In this document: positions 50,637 through 62,430 of the stretch, piece after piece
Position numbering within the stretch: the stretch's first letter is position 1
Layout: each line of letters starts with the position of its first letter
Assembly (NCBI GenBank): GCA_965112155.1
Contig: OZ218101.1
Length of the DNA stretch: 64,000 nucleotides
Direction: 5' to 3' (one strand)
Source of the DNA: Podarcis liolepis
Lineage: Eukaryota
Position numbers and translations under genes: made by a program
Notes under the pieces: model-generated
The model's input: only the letters and a program-made list of their open reading frames with translations
What the model was told of the DNA's origin: nothing
The model's database searches: none

Positions 50637-52636
50637 TTGCCTTTACATATCTAAGCATGCTTTTAAATACATCTTCAGAAGATTTATTGAATAAACCACC
50701 TGTGGTCAAATCTCAGGACTGTCATTCACGTAGCTGTCACAGTGTGTGCCTCAGTATTAAGCCTTCTAATGAAACATGGCAAATCTGCCATTTTTGTCTT
50801 GCCTGAAGTGGTGTGCTAGATTTTCATGAGGGTTGATTTTAAGTGCAAAGGCTGGCCATTTCAAGAGCTGAGTCCTTCCAGGAATCAAGCCTCTCTTTGC
50901 TAAATAAATAAAGACTTTTCACACTAAGCAAGCCACAGCATCATCCCCAAGAAAGACTTTTTTCAAGGGCTGCCTTTTCTTTCGGCAGAAGCTGCCTTGC
51001 ACCATTCTGCCACTGGATTTGGCCAGCTGTTAATTGGATCCATTTAAAGATATTCATTTATTGTAAATGACTCTTGCGCCACTTTTCAGGATCAAAGATT
51101 ACCCCAAAGCAGCTTAGAATAAAGCGATCTCAAACAAGAACAATCAAACAACATTATTAACTCTACAGCAATACATAATTGTTAAATGTAAAAGTGAACA
51201 GAGCAATAGAAAATTAAAAATAACATAAAACCATCAGGGTTAAATTACTTAAACTTTTAATTACTTGCCCACGTTAAAGTAGCTTACATACTTCTAACAG
51301 AAATTATGTGTTGGTCATTAGCAAATAAGGTTGCCATCTTAACCCAATTTACCTGGGATTAAGCCCCATTGTATTCAATAGGACGTACTTCTGAGTAGTT
51401 ATGGTTTAGCTTGCATTGCAATTTATTAACCCCCCCTCCTTTTTAAAAGTATGTACAACTACTGACTTCTTTGTTATGTAGACACTGCCTAGTGCTAGTC
51501 ACCTGAACCCAACCAATTTTTGCCTTTATACCACAAATATCCATCTCTGAAGCTGTGATAATTCAGCGGTCTCATTTTTTCCTGCTGGGCTTCCATTAGG
51601 CAGTCCTGTTCATAGTGAATATATTATCTAAGATTACCCTTTCTTGCTGGCTTTGAATCTCTAAACACAATGAGATTTCTGTATTTCGTAGTACACAATG
51701 ATATTCTACTGTCTTTTCTTTGTCCTTTCTCTTTCGAAAGTGATGAATGAAAGTATCTTTCCCTCTACAAAAATTACTTTGAAGGCAGTTTGATTGAGAA
51801 TTGGATCCTATCACATCTGCTTCCTTATAGCTAATGGCCAATACTATGTTAAATATATTTCCCCCAGGAGGGTCATAAATATTTTGCTTAATAAACAAAA
51901 AGGCAAGCTGCTGCCTACATCTCCCTAGGAAGCCATCGAATTTCAGAGCAGCAAATGCCTCGTTTTAGAGAAAGCAATAAATAATGCATGATAGTTAACA
52001 TGTATTTACATCCTGCAAACTTTGGAGCAGATGATACAAACGAAATGCACCTTGAGGCAGGACAAAGTCAAATGCAGATATCAAGTATGATGCACACTTC
52101 TAATCCAGGTGTTGGCAGCTATTTTCCTGAAAAAACATTTCCCTGAAACACTCTGTATCTCTGCGTCTGTTTCCCTTTCTCCCACCCCCACAGTTTTAAA
52201 TATATGTGAGCCACTTGTGCCTTACCAGATTTAGAAAAAGTATAATATGTGGAGTGGTAACATGGCTTTAATCTTGGTCAGGCCTGTGTATTACACAATT
52301 CAGTGTAAGTGAGATCTATGTTTTGCTTAACATATTCACTTTTTTCTCTGTGTATCATGCACGTGCAGAATCCGGAAAGCAGAACCATAATGTTTTGCCC
52401 AAAACAAATAAAAAAACCATGTATTATTGTTGTCATCATGGAGTGTGGTATTCTGTTTTAGAGAGCAACTTGCATAGATTATTTCCATACAGGCTATATG
52501 AATAATGGTGGGAGTTTGGTCAGATTTGACAGGGTAAAGAAATGGTTTTACTTGATTAAAGCAAAGTTAATGGAATGGATCTTTTTGTGAAATTAAATCA
52601 AATGGTTCTCAGTTTTGCCACTGGGTATTTCAACAG

Positions 52637-52723
52637 GCTTTTCTCTGTCCTCTGTGGAAGAAGAGGGGATTCGGCGGCTCCATGTAAACAGTGTCAAAGA
52701 GACAGGCCTGGCTTTCAAAAAAG
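52637..52723 (+). CDS. TIAM1: TIAM1 coding exon 11 (PDZ)
   Basis: (G)FSLSSVEEEGIRRLHVNSVKETGLAFKK(G). caacag| and AAG|gtaggg; 87 nt. Confidence 0.95.
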
Positions 52724-52977
52724 GTAGGGTGCCAGGGGGTGTTGTATTTCCCTTTAAAACTTTTCCAGTGTTCAACAAAATGAGCCCTTTCCTATTTCTG
52801 CTATTCAAGATTATACCAGATCTCCATTGCACCTATGACAAAAATCATTTAGGAATGGTGACAAAAAGTGTAACTACGGTACCTTCCAAATTATGATACT
52901 GTTCAGTCCGTCTCTTAATTTTAAAAGATGAATTTATTGTAAAGCTGGTAACACAGTTATGTTGAAAGTTGACTATA

Positions 52978-53219
52978 CAGTGGTACCTCGTATTATGTAC
53001 TTAATCCGTTCCTGAGGTCCGTTCATAACCGGAAACAGCTCATAACATGAGCTGGGCTTTCAGTAATGGCTCCTCCTGCTGCTGCCACACTGCTGGTGTG
53101 TGATTTCTGCTCACATCCTGGGGCAAAGTTCGCAACAATGGGCATCTACTTCCGGATTAGCAGAGTGTGTAACCCAAAGCATTCATAAGGGGGACAGTAT
53201 GTAAAATGAGGTACCACTG
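52978..53219. mobile_element. Tigger/Tc1-type MITE with TA TSD
   Basis: ta|cagtggtacctc...gaggtaccactg|ta; same family and orientation as 26543. Confidence 0.88.
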
Positions 53220-53899
53220 TACATATTTCTGGACACTGAAGGTTGATATTCTTCCCTTTGCTGCATCTTTATATCTTGTGATGCTTTTGTTTCATGTTGA
53301 TATAGGAGAAATAACTCAAATGATCACAAGAAGTAACCTCCGAAGAGGGTTGGGGCAGGGATAAATCACATTATGGTTACTTCTTTTTCAAATATCTATC
53401 TACATGCATGTTTTGAGAACATGAATATCTTAACGTGAGAACTTTGAAAACTGGACAGCAATATACATTTCCTTTGAATTTTTTTTTTAAATTATGACAT
53501 TTATCCTACCATTGGAAACCTTCACACAATCATTACAACATAATTTTAGTTTTCTTGCAATACTAAATAAATTAAAAGAGACTCAGCTCTCTGTTCAGTC
53601 ATGAACTGACATAGTGCTCTTGGGTGAGTTACTTACCTTTCTTGGTCTTAGTTTTTCTACTTGTAAAATGTACACAATTCTTATTTTCTAATAAAATGAT
53701 TGAATGGAGAAATAAAATCAAGATTGTAAAACATGGAGCACAGTACCCAGAATGCTTTGCCATTCTGTACTGAACCTCATGTTGCCAGACACTTGGCTTG
53801 GCTGGACTGGGCTGTTGTATCATTACAGCACATCTTTGTGGTTTGTGCCCTAAAAGGGGTTTTCAGTAATGAAAAGTTTCTTGTTTGAAAGAAATAGCA

Positions 53900-54021
53900 T
53901 ATAGGCCAGAAGTGGCCCTCCAGATGCTTCTTGACTCCAACTCCCATCATTCCTGACTGGGGCTGATGGGAGTTGGAGTCCCCCAACATCTGGAGGACCA
54001 CAGGTTAGCCAATCCCACCTT
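53900..54021. mobile_element. Shortened foldback hAT-like MITE
   Basis: gtggccctccagatg...gactccaactcccatca / tgatgggagttggagtc...catctggaggaccac. Confidence 0.75.
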
Positions 54022-54113
54022 AGGCAGACATGAAATCTTAAATTCTGAATAGAAATCCAAATCTGATGGATAACTTTGAGTATGACTCTTGATTTTCTGC
54101 TTTCTCTTTGCAG

Positions 54114-54338
54114 GCCTGAAAGCTGGTGATGAGATCGTTGAAATCAATAAGAAAGCTGCTGAAGACTTGAATTCAGCCATGCTAAGAGATGTTCTTGTTC
54201 AGCCTTCTCTGTGCCTTACAGTACGGACTTATCCTGAGAGACAGGCAGGGCAGAAACTAATGCAGCTGCCACAACGCCGCACAGATGGTTCACTCGACTC
54301 GACCGACAGTCCATTGCGCTCTGTTGGCAATAGCCAAG
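54114..54338 (+). CDS. TIAM1: TIAM1 coding exon 12 (PDZ end plus linker)
   Basis: (G)LKAGDEIVEINKKAAEDLNSAMLRDVLVQPSLCLTVRTYPE...SPLRSVGNSQ(G). ttgcag| and AAG|gtaccc; 225 nt. Confidence 0.95.
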
Positions 54339-57300
54339 GTACCCATGTTTACTAGCATTGTGGGCTTACATTTTTGAATCTTCCAACTCTTCAGTTCTAT
54401 AAAAGAGACTTGCTGCTTTCAAAAACAGAAGCTGCTGCAATTTTAAAGGATACCTTTTTAAAGTTTTTAATCTGATGTTTCTCTTGCGGTGTCTTCCTTC
54501 ACCTCTCTTCCAAACATCTTTTTATTTTTATTTTTTTAAAAAAACACTTCTTCATGTATACTACTGCCAGGCAAACCTGATGCAAACATTGATACATTTA
54601 AAAAGTTCCAAACATTGCTTAGTTTTTGGGCTATGGCAGCTTTCGAAAGTGTCTCTCTGTTTTGCCACAAGATGTCAGCAGTGTCCTAGGTGAAAGCGAT
54701 TCTGTGTGGGATTCATTTGTCCACTGAACATGCTTGGTTAATAACAGAACAAAGATGAAAATGTTCTTAATGATGCAGTGAGGAATGGACCTTTTGAACA
54801 TGCAGTTCATACTGACTGAGGTATTAGACTCCGACAGCAGGTGTTCAAAGCATGTCCTTGTATGCCCACAGACTATAACATCTTTCATACACTACTGTGT
54901 TCACCAGGAAACTTGCAGTATCCTAGTGGCAAAACAAGCACGAACAAATCCTAAGAAATATGCTTTTTAAGTCATTGTGGTCCTAAATGTTCATAGTGAA
55001 ATAAGAGTTCAGGTAAGAAAGGAAGGGAAGCAATGGATTCACCTTGTTTGTGTGAATATTTTACCAGAAAAGCCCAGGTTCTTCCCAACAGGCAGGCCGT
55101 TTGTACGAAATTTGGTTGCTATCCTACACTTTCTAAGCACAATTTTCTTGTTACTTTTCAAGCCGCAAAAAGTATTGAGAGAAAGTTATCGGAAATTGTA
55201 GTGGAAAGTATGGGATAACTAGCTGTGCCGTATCCCCTATGTGTGAAAACACAAGCTCAATAAGCAGCTAGACAGGAAGCTCCCCAGATCTTTCCTTTTT
55301 CTGCTTTCCAGCACAAAAGATAAGGCTTTTTGCATGGTAGGAAAGATAGTCACGAACTCTGGGATATCACTGATGTTTGCAACTTCTGCAAAAAAGAAGA
55401 AGAAGAAGAAAAAGAGCAGCAGCAGAAGCACAATTTAGTCTATGGTTGAGGTCAGTTGAGGAACAACATGTTTGAAGTGTAAGGTAAAAACTGAGGAAAA
55501 GGAAAAGGGGGAGAGGGAACTGACCTGCTTGAGCCCTGAACAGGATATAATCTCCTGGAAGTGTGCATTAGGTTGGAAGAAGGAACGTGCTTCCATGGTT
55601 GACCCCTATCCCCATGCTGTATATCAGCAACACACCAAGGTGCAGGACCATCAGCCAGCCTTGTTCCTGAGCCCCTTTGCACTGCATAGCATAGGGAGGG
55701 AAAGCTTCAAGAAGCAGGAAATGAATTTTTAATAACATTCATTCTTGTTTTCAAATCTCACTTTTTAAGGATTCCAGAGTAAACGTTTTGTAGCCAGCAG
55801 AGTTTAAAGCCACACTTTTTATTTTTTATTATTTCATTTATTGAATTTATTTTCTGCCCCATACCCGGGGGTCTCAGGGTGGTTACTTTCTGTGAAGTAA
55901 CATTGTTCTGGCCATGTCCAGGAAGCTTCTTACATGACCTACTGCACTGTCAGATGCTCCTCACTGAGGGCAGTATATGATCCAAGCCAGATAGTAACTT
56001 GAATAATTCATGTGCGTAAATCCCTGGTGCAATTTTGGTTGGGCACAGTGGTCTGGTTCACACATCACACTGAACAATAAATGAAGCTGCAGTTTCATGT
56101 GAACAAGAAGCATGCAGTTGCACGCTGTTGAATGTGTCTTTTCCAGAGTTTCATAGTACTACAGAGTGCCATAAAAAGTTTTTTAAAGGTGAACTGTAAA
56201 CATACACTACTGCACTGCGTTTAAATAGCAATTGTAAAAATATATGGTTTCATTAAATTGATAGGGACAGCTCTGTGTGTGAGTGTTTGTTTGTGTATGT
56301 GTGTACATGCACAATAACACATGACTCATTTTTATTTGTGACACACAGTTTTGGTTTTAGGAGATTTTATTGAATGTTTTTGCATTACTTTTTTTGTAAA
56401 CCACTTAAGGATTTGATGATATCAAGCAGTAGAAATTATTTGTACACACAAACATATATTTTCCAATAAATAGATGCAGACAGTAAAAAGCATTCCATGT
56501 GTTCAGCTGTTCACTTAAGGCCCAAATGAACATTTGCTCTCTGTCTGGGACTGGAGTCTATACTGCAGGAAGTAGATTAAGGCACGTTTTTCCTATAACA
56601 GGAAAGAGGGCCCAGATAACTATAAAAAGTATTAGTCTCATCAGAATAGGGTGAGATTCCACAAGGCTTTAAAGGGACTGTTGATCATAGTGGACAAAAT
56701 GAAGCTGCTCAAACAAGATTGGATATGTCGGTGGCATTTTAAAGAATAGGTACTATTTTGATTAAATACTGAAATCTATTATTCAAGTAATATATTTTCA
56801 GTGCCATGGTGTTAGATTTTTTATAATTATTTAAAAACTATTCTCAAGTAATCAAGCCAGTTGAATAATTAGGGATTTTACTTCAGCTTTGATATCCATT
56901 ATTTGAGGTATCTTCTTGATGAGTCATATATGAAACAAATACACCATTGCTCTTTCTGAGTTTTGCTCTCTTCAGCATGTTGCATCAACAGACTTAAAAC
57001 TCACATAGCAATTGTGAGTTTGCCTATTATATCAGATTATATCAAATAATATCAATATTATATCAAATTTTCAGGTTGTTAAGAAACAATTTGCCAGCAG
57101 AATTTTAAAAGACTATGGCATTTACCAGTGGATCACATGGCAATTTGCATGGTGCATTTGGCAAACTACTTGTTCATTATGTATTTATTTAAAACATTAG
57201 TAGCCTGCCTTACCTCAGCAGAACTCAAGTGGCCAACGACAATTAAATTAAAACAACCGTTTAATGACCAATAAAAGCAGTACTGTTGTGCCCATCTGAG

Positions 57301-57729
57301 ATACAGTATTTTATTTTGAGCTCTTCAAGGTATTTCTGGAAGCAATATATGAACATAATGTATTACTTATTAGAGCAGAATGTAGGTAATTTTAAATATA
57401 TATCTAGTCATCTCATTATTACTGCTCCCATTCCCGCAGATCTAGTGTCATAAATGTTTGTTGTTTCATGCAAGCAACACTACACATAAAGCTACGAAAA
57501 ATACTCAGTTTTACTCTGACCCCACCCCACTCTGATGTATACTTTTTGCAAATAGTAATGGGCTCCATTAATGGCAATTTCAAGTGATCTAAGTGAAGTG
57601 TGCTCTAATAATGGCACTGGAGAGCTAAAAAGTGTTGTGTGTTTGCTCATGACATAACAGTATTTGCTGTGTTGCACTTCTGAATTGTTGTTCAACCCAT
57701 TATTTCACACTTCTGTCTCATCCTAACAG

Positions 57730-57833
57730 GACGCTTGTTCTGCAGTGATCAGGACAGCTGTGCTGAGACAACTCCAGAAGAGGCAGAAGTGCATGTCTTG
57801 GAGTCGTCCAGTGAGGGTGATAAAACTGGCAAG
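57730..57833 (+). CDS. TIAM1: TIAM1 coding exon 13 (acidic linker before DH; gene continues beyond the window)
   Basis: (G)RLFCSDQDSCAETTPEEAEVHVLESSSEGDKTGK. taacag| and AAG|gtgtga; 104 nt brings the spliced CDS to 3003 nt, phase 0. Confidence 0.9.
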
Positions 57834-59483
57834 GTGTGAAACTTTCATTTTCACATTGTAAATAGCAGAATCACTGCAGGCTAAAAGCTGGCATGCTGAC
57901 TTCACAGCTGTGTGCGATTAGAGCGTCTCTTCCAGGATAATGTTTACCTTGGGGTGTTTTTTTAAAAGTGTTTACATGATATGGAATGAACCCAATTAGA
58001 GCCTTGATTATAGCTCGACACCACCTGCTGTACCCAAATGCTCCCCCTTTGCCCATCATGGGTGGGTGTGGTGTGGTAATAATGATCTTGAATATAAAAC
58101 ACTACAGCCCCTTTGCTTTGGTTGTGAGTCTCCCTGAATGCCACTTGCCACATTTTCACATGCAGCCCTGCCTGTGCTTATAATTCTTAATATATGATAT
58201 GCTCAAATATATTTTTGCTTGTTGCAGAGTTTGCATGGTGGAATCCTAAATGGAAAGAAATGTTAGGTGTTCTACCTTTTAATTGTAGTGGAACTCAACA
58301 ATTAAATTAAACTGACCAAACAACTGGATTATTAATTGGGATACCCATCCCAATTGGGAGCTTATTAACATATGAGTTTATTTTTATGGGTGCCCTGTGA
58401 AGACGAGGTTGTTGTTTTTTTGTAACTGTGTGTGCAAAAATACAATTCAGCGTTAAAAGGACAAGCATTTCAAAAGTTGTTTGATGAGTGCTTTCATTTT
58501 ACACTCCACTGAAAGCGTGTAACCCCTTCAGAATTTTTCTGATAGTTAGTAACAGATAAGGTAAGTAGGTCTGAGCTTCCTTTTGTGTTCCTGTATTGCA
58601 ATGGTTTCCTCATAATAGTTTACTAATTACAACTTCTGCCTGAAGACAGCTTCACATATTACAAATTTATTAAATGAATGCCACTTTTTGTGAATGAAAT
58701 TCCACGTTTGTAATACATGCAGGTTGTCACATGTGACAAGCACTTTAATGTTTATTAACACAAGGCAGGAAGCTGAATTTGGTGGTATATCATATATTTG
58801 GTGGGGTGTACACGTAAAAAAATAAATGTGTGTGTAATTATCATACGTGACTATATTTATGTGGGTTACATGAAATATCCAATCTCAAAATTGTATCCAG
58901 GTAAGAAAGTAATTTTGTGGGAGGTGGCTCTTGGTTACGAATTAATCCACAAATGGTGTTGTTAGGATATCATAGTGGAAAGGAAGGAAAAACCTCATGG
59001 CCTCAGATTTCCTGCCCCTTTGTCTAACTAGCCTATAGCCCTTCCTTTGATAGCTAGACAGTGGAAGTCTGCTAGCAGGAGGTATTCCCAAGCTTGAAGC
59101 AGCTGCAAAATTGCATCAGCTACTAGAGCTCAGATGCAGAGCTCATATGACAAGCAGGAGGCTGTTGAAGTTTGCACTCTGGTTTCCTGCAGGACCTATT
59201 ATAGTAAGTGATGCTGGGTGGGTTTTCTGGCTTAGAAAAGAAGGGAAGTTCTGACCTCTAGAGGTATGTAGATCTTAAAATGTTAAGTATGGTCTTTGCT
59301 GGATTAATAAGGTGTTTAGAAAGGGTATGTCTCATTTTTAAAAGTGAGTAGTGTGGGAACTGGTTCATAGTTTTAAAATATTCTTATGCTGGTGCTTGTG
59401 CTATTATCTAGATTTTTACATTTTGCAAACTGCAGTGGTCATGTCCTGAGATTTTCTTCTTTTCAGCTGCAGATGTCTTAGAT

Positions 59484-59834
59484 CAGTGGTCCCAAACTTT
59501 TTCCCCCACAGACCACATGAATATTGCTGATGGTCTTTGTGGAATCACTTAATTATTATTCTGCTTGTTGTAGCAATTGCAGGGCACTTTGCTGGATGAA
59601 GTATTATTTTTAATTGTATGTTTATGCTTCTTTTGTTTTGTATATAATGTATTTCATTGCATCACAATTTGAATTCTATAGAATTCAGATTGTTGTGCAA
59701 TAAAATAAGAAATAAAAGAATGAATAAACATACAATTAGGGATCAATATGAATATTTAATGTGGACATGCCATGGACCATTTAAATGAAGCTCAGACTAC
59801 AGCTGGTCCACGGACCACAGTTTAGGAACCCGCC
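59484..59834. mobile_element. hAT-type MITE, AT-rich interior, 8-bp TSD
   Basis: TSD tcttagat at 59476-59483 and 59835-59842; ends cagtggtcccaaact / agtttaggaacc; gaccac subterminal repeats. Confidence 0.8.
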
Positions 59835-60685
59835 TCTTAGATAAAGATATGTTTTTAAGGTTAATAAATATGTATATTAGGGGAAAATGCAGTAGCTTGT
59901 CAGCTCCATGTAGCAAAACATACATCGTTGATGACCAACTTTCTTAAACTAGCTGAGTCATTAATACTCAGTAGACGAGTGTAATACCTTTCTAACTTGT
60001 GTAATCTCTTCCGTAGCAGAAGAATACAATAAGGAATGGAAACTTGCTTTGTATAAACGAAATGCCATTTATTTAATGTGCTCTTAATATGCTGAAATGC
60101 ATGTTTTGTTTATAAAGAGAGGCATACTTTTGAATTAATTCTGGATTTTTATTAAAGGTTTTAAAGGTGTGTGTTTACGCTGCTTGTTTAACCTGTGTTT
60201 ACACTGGAGAAAGCATTGCAAATGAATTCGTATTTTGAGTTGAATCGTTCATATATAATGCATAGCACAATAGCACAGCACATGCTTCCTGTATTCTTAT
60301 GTGATTTATGACTCTTTAATAACAAAAGATTATAGGAGCTCACTTGATTAACCTTATGTGGGTGTATGCTTGAAAAGTGGTTCTTTTACGTACTTCATTC
60401 CTAATTCTATCATAGCATTATATTTATGCTGAATTAAATCAAAGCTTTCCAGCAATAGCACCTTCCTTGTACAACACTAAATGTGCTTTTGTACATCTAC
60501 AGTTAGATTTCTTCTGCAGACTATGTTATATCAGTTGCATCATTAGTCTTCGTAGGACAGTGTTTCTAATAAGCCTTAAATGCCTACCCAAAATGTTTAT
60601 TAGCCGCCTTGTACCACACATACTTAGGTCAGTAGTATAGAAAAGAACAAACCTTCTTAGGCTTGATCCAGGCTTGGAAGTATGG

Positions 60686-60712
60686 TGTGTGTGTGTGTGT
60701 GTGTGTGTGTGT
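60686..60712. repeat. (TG)n microsatellite
   Basis: Read directly. Confidence 0.9.
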
Positions 60713-61848
60713 TAATGGTATCCATTTATTTCTTTTGGACAAAATTGATGTACTGCAATATAGGATGAAGCTGGGAAAAGCAAACCTCTAGAAGGAAGGA
60801 TTTGGTTGACCTCTCATCCCAGTGATGTTTCCAACTGCATCTCTTTGCTTTCTGCCAAAAAACCCAATCACACTTTAACAGCATTGTGCTGTTCAATTCA
60901 CATCTGACTGGGGGTGGTCTGGCTGTCACTGAGATGCTCCCTGCGGGAGAAGAGCCATTGTATTATCCTGTAATACACACGATGTACATATATGTACACA
61001 CAGATGGGTTGAATTGGTACCCATGAAAATGTTTTTGGGGGGTGGAAAGGAGATTTCAAGAGGCTGAAAAGTTTTATATAGCCCCCCTTGCTTTTCTGGT
61101 ATAGCCCCCCCTCTTTTTGGGGCTGCTTCTCTCCCCAATCCACAGGCTCAGTATAATTTAAAGCAAGCAAACGAAAAGCTCAAAGGGCTTCTTCTTTAGA
61201 GAATCTGAGCCAGTCAAGGATCACATGGCCATCACGATAACAACCTGTCATTACAGCCCATCAGATTGGCTAAGTGACAACACCATGGTGCTAATTCAGA
61301 GCAAGAGCAAAAAGCATTGTCTATACTCTGATTTGGTTTTCTGTCTTTCTTCATTCGTGATATAGCCAAATCTGGTTTTCTGCATGAAACCTGTTCAGTC
61401 TAATTGTCCTACATAATGATATCACAAGGCTAAATTAGAGTGTGGATAGTACCCACTCTGAATGGGCAAATATATTTTGTACTACTCATTCCCGAAATGA
61501 GCTGTGCTGATTTGGTTGTGTGGGTGTAAAATGCACCCTCTGCCCTGTTTTGACTTGATATTTTTATTTCAAATCCCCTTTTGGGGATAAAAAACTGCTG
61601 CCCGTTTGTTGCCTTTCATCTAAATTAAGGCAGCTGTATCTTAGCACTGCAGCTAATTAGCTAGCGATGGTAGCAAAGAGTCATGATTTTTGTTCAAATT
61701 ATTAAAGTATTTTGAACATGTTTCCCCCTTATATTTTAGCAATGAAGGACAGTCGTTTTGCTTCTTGCATTCAAAGCACATTAATTACGTTCTCTCACCG
61801 TCTACTAGTATGATTTGTAAAATATCTTACCTAAACTTCTTACCAGCT

Positions 61849-61935
61849 ATTGGCTTTCAAAGATTTCTAATTGGCAACCTGCTTTATTTCTGGAAATGTT
61901 AATATTCTTGTGCAGCACAGGTTGTAGCCAATCAG
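61849..61935 (+). promoter_or_regulatory. Cluster of CCAAT (NF-Y type) boxes; candidate internal promoter
   Basis: ATTGG at 61849 and 61870, AGCCAATCAG at 61926-61935, and another CAGATTGGCT at about 61262. Motif evidence only. Confidence 0.35.
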
Positions 61936-62343
61936 CTCTCCGGAGCCTCAGGCAATAGACATTTATTTTCCACCGGGGATTTTGCTTCTTCCTTTCAAGT
62001 TTAAGCTGTCCTTGCTTGAGTACTTTTTCGAAAGCTCCTTGAAAGGGAGAATTAAGGACTGACTCTGCAGCTTAAATCAGAGAATTTCATTCTAGTTGAC
62101 TCTATTGAGCGTGTAAAGTCTGAAGAGGAATACAAGAGGAATCTGGTAGCTGCCCATTCTCATTAACATGCAAGAAGGTATCCAGCAGTCAGGAATACTA
62201 TGAATTGGAATGAGAATATGTATTTTTTTTTTACCCATAAAGTAGGTCAAGAAATCTCGATGTGGGGTGTGTCTACCCTCCGTCCATTTTTTATTGCTGA
62301 AAATGGCGAATAATGGTATTGTCAGAGTAACATCGTTTTGGTG

Positions 62344-62430
62344 ATGTCAGTTTATTGGAGAGTTAAACGTAAGCCCAGAAATGAAGGCACCGGGAGAGCT
62401 TCTGATTCTCTTCGGCATATGCTTCATATG
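62344..62430 (+). CDS. TIAM1: Candidate alternative first coding exon of a short TIAM1 isoform (MSVYWRVKRKPRNEGTGRASDSLRHMLHM)
   Basis: 29 open codons from ATG 62344 end in a phase-0 donor ATG|gtgaga, matching the phase left by exon 13. Non-repetitive, CpG-containing context downstream of clustered CCAAT boxes. Confidence 0.45.
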
